Source: Candidatus Velamenicoccus archaeovorus (GTDB taxonomy: Bacteria; Omnitrophota; Gorgyraeia; Velamenicoccales; Velamenicoccaceae). Taken from it: a stretch of DNA of 32,000 nt. Positions 1-6,417 of the stretch are shown here, piece after piece. The stretch is from assembly GCF_004102945.1 (NCBI RefSeq), contig NZ_CP019384.1, positions 1,440,001 to 1,472,000 of the forward strand, given 5' to 3'. Below the pieces are notes generated by a model, which was given only the letters and a program-made list of their open reading frames with translations, was not told the DNA's origin and did no database searches. A program made the position numbers and the translations under genes. Each line of letters opens with the position of its first letter. The stretch's first letter is position 1.

Positions 1-50
1 GAAAACAACGAAACCAAAACGAACAAATCCCTCAAACGGCCCTTATCCAT

Positions 51-974
51 TTAATCTGCGCTCCTCCGGCTCCAGATTTCAGCCAGGATGGCGGCCGTCA
101 CAATGCACCACGTCGCAAACAACGCATTGGGCAAAGCGGCCTGGTCGGAAAAATGTTTAAGGGCCAAGACAGCTCCCAGCCCCGCATTTTGCATGCCGAC
201 CTCCAAAGACAAGGTACGGCGTCTCTTGGTGTCGAACCGATAAAGAACAGCCGCCCCGTATCCCAACGACAACCCCAGGGCGTTATGCAGGAAAACAGCG
301 GCAAAAATGATTGCGCTGACGCCGGCCAGATAATCCTTGTTGAGGGCGACGACCAAGCCGCAGATAAATGCAATAAACAACGTCGAGAGCGCAGGAAAAA
401 CGGCGATGAAATTGCCGATCTTATCGCGCAGCATATGCTTCAACCCCATCCCCGCCGCCAAAGGCACGATGACCATCTTGAAAATACTCAAAAACATCGG
501 CCAGAATGGGACATGGAAATACGTCCCCGCATAAAGATACGTCAAAAGCGGCGTCAGGACCGGAGCCAGAAAGGTGGACATCGACGTCAGGGCGATGGAA
601 TACGCCACATCTGCGCGCGCCAGATACGATATGACGTTTGAGGCCATGGCCCCTGGAACGGCCCCGGTGAGGATGACGCCGAGCGCCAGCGCCGGAGGCA
701 AATGCAACAGACGCGCCACCGCAAATCCGGCCGCGGGCATGATGGCGAACTGCGCCAGCGTCCCCAAAAGCACAAGATGCGGCTGGATGAAGATGGGCTT
801 GAAATCCCTGGCATCCAGGATCATACCGATACCCAGCATCGTCAACGTGAAAAACCACTCCATCCCGAAACGGCAGACGATAAAGGCGCACGGAAAAAAA
901 TAAGCGATGACACCCGCCAACACCACCCAAACCGCCAAAAGCCGCGTAAATTTTTCACAGATGCGTTGGAACAC
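51..974 (-). CDS. Bile acid:sodium symporter (BASS/SBF) family transporter
   Basis: ORF 51..1139 encodes a multi-TM protein with BASS-type motifs (LTGAVPGAMASNVISYLA; EVGMQNAGLGAVLA). The first 55 aa of the ORF are R-rich and non-membrane. An in-frame GTG at 972-974 preceded by AAGGAGGAAAG is the more plausible start. Confidence 0.85.
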   Translation of the reverse strand: MFQRICEKFTRLLAVWVVLAGVIAYFFPCAFIVCRFGMEWFFTLTMLGIGMILDARDFKPIFIQPHLVLLGTLAQFAIMPAAGFAVARLLHLPPALALGVILTGAVPGAMASNVISYLARADVAYSIALTSMSTFLAPVLTPLLTYLYAGTYFHVPFWPMFLSIFKMVIVPLAAGMGLKHMLRDKIGNFIAVFPALSTLFIAFICGLVVALNKDYLAGVSAIIFAAVFLHNALGLSLGYGAAVLYRFDTKRRRTLSLEVGMQNAGLGAVLALKHFSDQAALPNALFATWCIVTAAILAEIWSRRSAD

Positions 975-1929
975 CTTTCCTCCTTTTGCGTATCTTTCCG
1001 GCCAGGCTGCCGTAAGCTTCGCAACCAAAACAAGGCACGGCCGGCGAAAGGCGCCTCTTCCCGACGATAACATCCTGCCATGCCCGGTAAGACGGATCAG
1101 CCATGCAATCGCGCAAACCCGAATGGAAAACGTTTCCAAAAGCCGTCCGCTGATTCATGCAACAACCAAGAAGCTTCCCATCCCAATTGATTTGGGGCGA
1201 ATTCCAGACCTGAAGACAAGGCGCAAAATACGACTTCCCGTAAGTCTCGAGGAATTCCTTTCTCGAGGCAACGCCCAGGCCGGATTCCCTGACAACATCC
1301 TGACGGTTCCTGACAGGAGAATAATCGGCGCCCCAGGACAAACGCGTCAAAAAACCCATCTTTAGCCCAAAGGCCATGACCCTGGCGCGGGCGATCTGGT
1401 GCTCGTTATGACCGAAGATCACAAACTGCCACGTCAGGGCCGGAGTGTCTGAGCGGCAAGATTCCTTAAAATGATTGATGAGGCGGATATTCTTAATAAC
1501 ACGCAGAAGATTGCCCCCGCGCCGATATCTCTCATATGTGCGCTGGTCCGCTCCGTCAATGGCCACCGTAAGCCGGCTGAACCCCGAACGCACCAGGCAT
1601 TCGGCCATCGACGGACTGAGCGTATTGAGGTTGGAGATGCCGCTCAGTTCTACTCCTTTATCCGAGGCGTACGCCACGATCTTCCTCAGCTCCGGATTCA
1701 AAAATAGTTCACCGTGGGTAGAAAACCCGATATGTCCGATCTGCGGATGCCCGTCGAGAAAACGGCGAAAATGGGCCAATGTCAAATGCCCCCATCCGAT
1801 GATCCCCGGCCTTCTTTTCCGGCCGGGCGTATCGCATAAAGGACAGCGAAGCTGACACCTGCTTGACGCTTCAAGAAAAACACTTTGCGGCATATCCTTG
1901 CGTCCGATCATGTCCTTGTGCCGAAACAC
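955..1929 (-). CDS. Radical SAM protein with C-terminal SPASM/twitch-like Cys cluster
   Basis: CX3CX2C motif (SSRCQLRCPLC) near the N-terminus. C-terminal pattern WNSPQINWDGKLLGCC...GN...CFGC is typical of SPASM-type auxiliary cluster domains. Start is uncertain (GTG 1929, ATG 1911 or ATG 1893). The 3' end overlaps the BASS start by about 20 nt. Confidence 0.8.
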   Translation of the reverse strand: MFRHKDMIGRKDMPQSVFLEASSRCQLRCPLCDTPGRKRRPGIIGWGHLTLAHFRRFLDGHPQIGHIGFSTHGELFLNPELRKIVAYASDKGVELSGISNLNTLSPSMAECLVRSGFSRLTVAIDGADQRTYERYRRGGNLLRVIKNIRLINHFKESCRSDTPALTWQFVIFGHNEHQIARARVMAFGLKMGFLTRLSWGADYSPVRNRQDVVRESGLGVASRKEFLETYGKSYFAPCLQVWNSPQINWDGKLLGCCMNQRTAFGNVFHSGLRDCMADPSYRAWQDVIVGKRRLSPAVPCFGCEAYGSLAGKIRKRRKGVPTHL

Positions 1930-1930
1930 C

Positions 1931-3268
1931 TTACATGGCCTTCAGATAAATGAACCTCAGGATAAAAAGCACGGCCAGGAAATAAACCAGCCAGGAGACT
2001 TCTCTGCCGCGCCCCGTCAAGAGCTTCAACGCCGCGTAGGCGATGAAACCGAACGCGATCCCCGTCGCGATGCTGAACGTAAAGGGCATGATCACAATGA
2101 CGAGAAAGGCGGCAATGCTCTCGGTATAATCCTTCCATTCGATCCGCGATACAGAACGCAGCATCATGCTGCCGACGATGATCAGGGCCGGAGCCGTTAC
2201 GGGATGCAGGACAGCGCCTGCGGCCGTCGTGTACCCGCCTCCGATCATCTTGATCAAGGGAGAAAAAAACAGGGCAGCCAGGAACGCAGCGGCCGTCACG
2301 ACGCTGGCCAGGCCCGTGCGCGCGCCGGAAGCGATCCCCGATGCGCTTTCGATATAGCTTGTCACCGTGGGGGTCCCGCACATGGCGCCCACGCACGTCC
2401 CGACGGCATCGCTCATCATGGCGCGGCCTGCGCGCGGGAGCTTGCCCCCTTTCATGAATCCGCCGATCTCGCTGACGCCTGCCAATGTGCCGACCGTATC
2501 GAAGATATCCATGAACAAAAAAATAAAAACAATGGAAAACAAGCCGAGCCGCAAAGCGCCTGCAACGTCCATCTTCATGAATGTCGGCGCCATCGAAGGC
2601 GGCCAGGAAACAAGCCCTTGGTATTTGACAAGCCCCATGAGGACGCCGAGCGCCGTCGTGAGCAGAATTCCCCACAACATCGCCCCGCGGATTTCCTTGA
2701 CCAGCATGACACCTGTCACGATGAGACCAAAAACCGAGAGAACCGTCGCAGGATTCACAACATCGCCGAGGGAAACGATCGTCGAGGGATGCGCGACGAC
2801 GATACCGGCATCGATCAGGCCTATGAAAGCGATCAGGAACCCGATGCCGCAGGCTGTGCCATACCTGAGAGAGACCGGAATCGCATCGATGAGCCGCTGG
2901 CGCAGACGCGTCACGGTCAATATCATGAAGATAAGCCCTTCGATAAAGACGCAGCCCAAAGCGACGGGCCAGGAGATCCCCATGGTCAGGCAGACGGTAT
3001 ACGTGAAAAAAGCATTCTCCCCCATGCCGGGCGCCTGGGCGATCGGATAATTGGCATAGAGCCCCATGATCAGCGTCGCCACCGCCGCCGCAATGCACGT
3101 CGCCATCATGGCCGAGCCGAAGTCTATTCCCGTTTGGGAGATCATGGCGGGATTGACAAAAATGATGTACGCCATAGTCATAAAGGTCGTCAGGCCCCCG
3201 ATGACCTCTGTGCGGACGGTGGTATTCGATTCCCGAAGATGGAAGAATTTTTCGAGAAATGATCGCAT
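1931..3268 (-). CDS. NCS2 family nucleobase permease (AzgA/PbuG-like adenine/guanine/hypoxanthine permease)
   Basis: 445-aa polytopic protein. The N-terminus (FFHLRESNTTVRTEVIGGLTTFMTMAYIIFVNP) and GMGENAFF are characteristic of the AzgA subfamily. Its stop at 1931 lies 1 nt from the radical SAM ORF. Confidence 0.9.
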   Translation of the reverse strand: MRSFLEKFFHLRESNTTVRTEVIGGLTTFMTMAYIIFVNPAMISQTGIDFGSAMMATCIAAAVATLIMGLYANYPIAQAPGMGENAFFTYTVCLTMGISWPVALGCVFIEGLIFMILTVTRLRQRLIDAIPVSLRYGTACGIGFLIAFIGLIDAGIVVAHPSTIVSLGDVVNPATVLSVFGLIVTGVMLVKEIRGAMLWGILLTTALGVLMGLVKYQGLVSWPPSMAPTFMKMDVAGALRLGLFSIVFIFLFMDIFDTVGTLAGVSEIGGFMKGGKLPRAGRAMMSDAVGTCVGAMCGTPTVTSYIESASGIASGARTGLASVVTAAAFLAALFFSPLIKMIGGGYTTAAGAVLHPVTAPALIIVGSMMLRSVSRIEWKDYTESIAAFLVIVIMPFTFSIATGIAFGFIAYAALKLLTGRGREVSWLVYFLAVLFILRFIYLKAM

Positions 3269-3340
3269 AGGAATTAGAAACGTGCGGATTTAAATACCCG
3301 CTGTGCCGAAGCCAGTGGGTCCGATATCCTCTAACGCTTT

Positions 3341-3428
3341 GGTGCGGACACCTGTTCTCGCTGTGGCGCTCTGCTGCGCCACGGTCGCTCGCTCAAGTGT
3401 CCGTAAAATTTTCCTTTATCAGGAAAAT
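3341..3428 (-). repeat. Structured repeat A1: 63-nt GGACAC...GTGTCC element (3341-3403) plus AT-rich hairpin (3408-3428)
   Basis: 3341-3403 is 62/63 identical to 6098-6160. CGGACAC/GTGTCCG closes a helix around a GTGGCGC-loop-GCGCCAC hairpin. An adjacent hairpin is ATTTTCC-TTTATCA-GGAAAAT. The reverse complement has the same architecture as 4406-4506. Confidence 0.75.
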
Positions 3429-3497
3429 ACACCAAGGAGCGGCGTCTGAGCCAGAGACTCCGGTAATACCCTCTTCATTCCGCACTATTCAAGCCGG

Positions 3498-3842
3498 CTA
3501 CATATTTATCAACCCGGATAGCATTTTTGAAATATCTTCGATGCCCTTCTTGAGTGACTCATTCAACTCTTCGGTGATCAGCTTCTTTCGCTTACATATC
3601 TCCAAAATAGGAACACATTAAAACGCCGAGCCTCTTGCTATTCGAAAAAAATTTATACGATCTGGCTTGTGATATCTGCCGTTGCCTTCGGCTATGTTTG
3701 CCGATATCGATAAAGAAGCTCGATTAAGTTGATCTGCCAGATAATAGTTGCCCTTCGTAAAACCTTCCGTTAATCCGCAAATCTTATCTGCAAAATCAAC
3801 TGCTTTCTTGTAAACATCTAGTTTTTCGAATAAGAATGCCAT
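3498..3842 (-). pseudogene. Four-helix-bundle protein (23S rRNA intervening-sequence protein family) interrupted by an in-frame TAA
   Basis: MAFLFEKLDVYKKAVDFADKI...NRASLSISANIAEGNGRYHKPDRINFFRIARGSAF, then TAA (3618-3620). The same frame continues CVPILEICKRKKLITEELNESLKKGIEDISKMLSGLINM to TAG at 3498-3500. The stop sits where family members usually have Glu (GAA). Confidence 0.75.
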
Positions 3843-3925
3843 AGCTTTTGAAAATCGATAATCGAAAATAGACCGAATGAAAATCTTCCACAATCAAATC
3901 TCAAATTTCGATTTTCGATTCTCTG

Positions 3926-3961
3926 CCATTTTTGCCAGAGTTTTGCTTGGGGCAAAAATGG
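3926..3961 (-). other. 3' trailer hairpin that pairs with the encoded CCA of tRNA-Ser(CGA)
   Basis: CCATTTTTGCC (3926-3936) is perfectly complementary to GGCAAAAATGG (3951-3961). The latter includes the complement of the tRNA CCA end. No U-tract follows on the minus strand. Confidence 0.45.
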
Positions 3962-4048
3962 CGGAGAGTGAAGGATTCGAACCTTCGTACCCCTTGCGGA
4001 GTAACGCGCTTTCGAGGCGCGCGCTTTCAACCACTCAGCCAACTCTCC
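3959..4048 (-). tRNA. tRNA-Ser (anticodon CGA), CCA encoded
   Basis: The reverse complement GGAGAGTTGGCTGAGTGGTTGAAAGCGCGCGCCTCGAAAGCGCGTTACTCCGCAAGGGGTACGAAGGTTCGAATCCTTCACTCTCCGCCA folds as a class II cloverleaf. It has a 7-bp acceptor, anticodon loop CTCGAAA, a long variable arm and a GGTTCGAATCC T-arm. Confidence 0.95.
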
Positions 4049-4087
4049 AAATTTGTTTTTCCGCCGGAGGCGGACCCGCCTTCGGCG

Positions 4088-4173
4088 GGCGAGACCGCCC
4101 TATTTTGAACACCTAGATGTTTTATCCAGTGAAATCCCGTTTCTTTACGGGACAACCGCTCCGGCAACTCTCC
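4088..4173 (-). pseudogene. Degenerate tRNA-Ser-like unit U1 (uninterrupted)
   Basis: On the minus strand it reads GGAGAGTTGCCGGAGCGGTTG, a hairpin (CCCGT AAAGAA ACGGG), then AGGTGTTCAAAA (a decayed T-loop). Its length of 86 nt is similar to tRNA-Ser. It has no 7-nt anticodon loop and no matching 3' acceptor strand. Confidence 0.45.
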
Positions 4174-4227
4174 AAATAAATGACGCGCTTTTCCCACTAC
4201 GCGGGACTCCGCTCATTTCATTCGCTT

Positions 4228-4409
4228 CGCGAGACGCGCTTTTTGAATACCTAAATTTACTATTTTAGCGAAATCCCGCAAAGCGGGACAACCGCCCGCC
4301 ACCACTGCTTCGGCGGGCGGCCTCCAGTAATACGTCGGCGGCCGTGCTCCGATGCTTCAGTGGAGCATGTCCGCCGACGTTCCAGTGGCGGACGCTCCGG
4401 CAACTCTCC
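4228..4409 (-). pseudogene. Degenerate tRNA-Ser-like unit U2, interrupted by a 97-nt palindromic insertion
   Basis: It has the same 17-nt 5' end as U1 (GGAGAGTTGCCGGAGCG). The insertion follows, then GTTGTCCCGC-TTT-GCGGGA and AGGTATTCAAAAA. It is colinear with U1 apart from the insert. Confidence 0.45.
4296..4392. repeat. Small palindromic insertion element, long version, inside unit U2
   Basis: Termini are CCGCCACCACT...CCAGTGGCGGA. It is flanked by CGC (4293-4295) and CGC (4393-4395), whereas the uninterrupted unit U1 has a single CGC (4157-4159). The interior has nested palindromes (ACGTCGGCGG 4332-4341 / CCGCCGACGT 4371-4380; TGCTCC / GGAGCA). Confidence 0.5.
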
Positions 4410-4506
4410 GAGAAATTTTCTGACAAAGAAAATTTCGAGGACACTAAAGCGAGTGTAGGCGCATAAGCGCCACGACCCGACAAGGGTCGTAACGAACATA
4501 GTGTCT
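4406..4506 (+). repeat. Structured repeat A3 (101 nt): AT-rich hairpin plus three-way-junction GACACTA...TAGTGTC element
   Basis: 98/101 identical to 6414-6514. Components are GAAATTTTC-TGACAAA-GAAAATTTC, then GACACTA...[GGCGC ATAA GCGCC][CGACCC GACAA GGGTCG]...TAGTGTC. Confidence 0.75.
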
Positions 4507-4542
4507 ATTGAGCAAACTTATCCTTCGGATACCCCGACAAAC

Positions 4543-5913
4543 CTAAACATGGATATTCTTCATGATCTCGGCCTTCGTGAGATCGATGGATTTCAAGGCC
4601 TCGTCGGCATCCTTATTGTAAAGCCGGAAGAAACGACAGGCATCCTCCATATCCGAAACGTCCTTATTGTCGAGGATCTTGAGGACCTCGCTGCGCACTT
4701 TCAATTCCTTGATGACGTCCAGGGCATTCATGCCGCTGGCGCGCGCCACCTTATCCCGGAAGACGGACGACGGAGAATCTTCGATAAAAGTGCGCGACTC
4801 GTAGTCATACCTCCAGACCGCAGACAAAAGCACCTTCTTCTGTTCCATCCCGGCCGTCTCGGCGATCTCGGAGACAACGCGAAACACCTCGTCCTTGACA
4901 TGGAACTTGACCAAGGTGATGAAAACATCCACCAGATTCACCAGGGTCTCCGGGATATTCATGGGTTCGTTCTGGAGACGGATGATGGCTTCGCGCGCAG
5001 CGGCCGCATGGATCGTCCCCATGCAATACTTGCCGATGTTCATGGCCGTCATCAGATCCTGGGCTTCCTCACCTCTCACCTCGCCGACCACGATACGCTC
5101 CGGCCGCATACGTAGGGAATTCTTCACGAGATCCGCCAGCGTCACTTCTTCATCGCTTTCCATGCGCGACCAGCTGTCTTCGCGCAGCGTATTCAACTCA
5201 AGCGTGTCTTCGATAATGACCAAGCGCTCCTTACTCGGCACAAAACTCAGCAGGGCGTTCAAAAGCGTCGTCTTACCCGCCCCCGGCGCACCCAAAATAA
5301 GGATATTTGCGGGACGGATGGACATCCCTTCCATATAAAGCCAGAACAGCGCCGCGATATCATAGTTCAGGGCCCCCTTTCGGATCAGATCGATGACGCT
5401 CAATGGATTTTCTTTGATCTTGGTGATCGTGATCTGCGGCCCGAACGGGGACATGGCGATATTCACCCGGCCCTGGACATTGGCCAGCTCCAGATTATTC
5501 AGTTTCTTTAACGACGTCCTGCCGGAAAAAACAACCAGTTTCTTGATAAAAACGTCCAGTTCCTTGGGAGTCGTGAAACGTTTGTCCGTCTGCGTCAGCC
5601 CTTTATAGGTGTGATGGATGTAAATAGGCCTCAAAGAATTAATGACAATGTCTTCCACGTCGGGATCTCTCAACAAATCCTCAATGATCCCGTAACTGAA
5701 AAACTTATCGATAAAATTTTCTCTTTCTGCGTCGTTGGAGAGCTCGCTCAACGTCTGGCTCTGCAGGAAAGTATCTTCCTTTGTCGCGCCGTAGAGCTCG
5801 GAAATGACGTCGCTGACGATATTCTTCTTTTCCGAATCATTCTGCAAAAGATTGATGCGGCCAAGGATCTTGTCCAAAATCTTGGCTTCGATATCGACCT
5901 TGCGCTTTTCCAT
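4543..5913 (-). CDS. Type II/IV secretion system ATPase family protein (GspE/VirB11/TadA-FlaI-like)
   Basis: Walker A GAPGAGKTTLLNAL, Walker B-like RLVIIEDTLEL, RMRPERIVVGEVRGEEA and His-box GTIHA. The ORF extends to a TTG at 5940. ATG at 5911-5913 preceded by GGAAAGGTGAGG is preferred. Confidence 0.85.
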   Translation of the reverse strand: MEKRKVDIEAKILDKILGRINLLQNDSEKKNIVSDVISELYGATKEDTFLQSQTLSELSNDAERENFIDKFFSYGIIEDLLRDPDVEDIVINSLRPIYIHHTYKGLTQTDKRFTTPKELDVFIKKLVVFSGRTSLKKLNNLELANVQGRVNIAMSPFGPQITITKIKENPLSVIDLIRKGALNYDIAALFWLYMEGMSIRPANILILGAPGAGKTTLLNALLSFVPSKERLVIIEDTLELNTLREDSWSRMESDEEVTLADLVKNSLRMRPERIVVGEVRGEEAQDLMTAMNIGKYCMGTIHAAAAREAIIRLQNEPMNIPETLVNLVDVFITLVKFHVKDEVFRVVSEIAETAGMEQKKVLLSAVWRYDYESRTFIEDSPSSVFRDKVARASGMNALDVIKELKVRSEVLKILDNKDVSDMEDACRFFRLYNKDADEALKSIDLTKAEIMKNIHV

Positions 5914-6097
5914 AAGCCTCACCTTTCCATGAGCGCACAACTTATGGAGCCGTCACAAAACAGCGAGACGACATAAGTCGTTTGCGCGAATGGATCCCGA
6001 GCCGCCCGCAACTCATTAAAACGGCGAGGGATCTTTTATCATGCGTTGACTTAACCGATGCTAAAAATTTTTCCCTATAAAGAAAAGCGTAAATTAA

Positions 6098-6189
6098 GGT
6101 GCGGACACCTGTTCTCGCTGTGGCGCTCTGCCGCGCCACGGTCGCTCGCTCAAGTGTCCGCCAAATTTTTCGTTATCCGAAAAATTTGG
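6098..6189 (-). repeat. Structured repeat B1: 63-nt element (6098-6160) plus AT-rich hairpin (6161-6189) that overlaps the tRNA CCA end
   Basis: 6098-6160 matches 3341-3403 at 62/63. The hairpin is CCAAATTTTTCG-TTATC-CGAAAAATTTGG, and its last three bases are the complement of the tRNA-Ser(UGA) CCA. Confidence 0.75.
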
Positions 6190-6276
6190 CGGAGGCGGAA
6201 GGATTCGAACCCTCGGTGGACTTGCGCCCACAACGGTTTTCAAGACCGCCGCATTCAACCGCTCTGCCACGCCTCC
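6187..6276 (-). tRNA. tRNA-Ser (anticodon UGA), CCA encoded
   Basis: Reverse complement GGAGGCGTGGCAGAGCGGTTGAATGCGGCGGTCTTGAAAACCGTTGTGGGCGCAAGTCCACCGAGGGTTCGAATCCTTCCGCCTCCGCCA. It has anticodon loop CTTGAAA, a long variable arm and a canonical T-arm. Confidence 0.95.
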
Positions 6277-6417
6277 AAAATTCCAACTCGGTGCATTTTG
6301 AGCACCTTGATGTCATCATCCAGTGAAAGCCCGTTTCTTTACGGGGCAACCACCCGCCACCACTAAGTCGGCGTGCGTCCGCCGAAGCTCCGGTGGCGGA
6401 CGCTCTGCCACGCCTCC
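6277..6417 (-). pseudogene. Degenerate tRNA-Ser-like unit with a 47-nt palindromic insertion (6354-6400)
   Basis: It starts GGAGGCGTGGCAGAGCG, 17/17 identical to the 5' end of the adjacent functional tRNA. The insertion CCGCCACCACT...CCGGTGGCGGA (plus-strand reading) follows. It then continues GGTTG, a hairpin (CCCGT AAAGAA ACGGG), AAGGTGCTCAAAATGCACCGAG. Confidence 0.45.

Noticed and set aside
975-1139. 55-aa N-terminal extension of the BASS transporter ORF.
   Set aside because: The extension is R/G-rich and overlaps the 3' end of the radical SAM gene. An in-frame GTG with a strong AAGGAGG site at the expected position gives a normal-length BASS protein.
1898-3262. Long antisense ORFs opposite real genes. 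Examples are 1898-3262(+), 1908-3098(-, alternate frame), 7466-8656(+), 15891-16928(+), 18168-19358(+), 20460-21689(+), 26655-28814(+) and 29163-30341(+).
   Set aside because: Their translations are low-complexity and R/G/P/H/D-rich with no recognisable motifs. The opposite-strand or other-frame ORFs, by contrast, encode clearly recognisable conserved proteins. Such shadow ORFs are expected at this GC content.
3269-3340. Possible purine riboswitch upstream of the NCS2 permease.
   Set aside because: Only loose resemblances appear on the mRNA strand (GGATATCGG, GTTTCTA). The spacing between them is about 45 nt, and I could not draw the P1/P2/P3 three-way junction with the conserved loop sequences.
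3877-4268. Small ORFs overlapping the tRNA genes and tRNA-like units. These are 3877-4116(+), 4053-4268(+), 3818-4042(-), 6058-6366(+) and 6099-6326(+).
   Set aside because: They run through tRNA genes and palindromic repeats, lack ribosome-binding sites, and their translations are repeat-driven.
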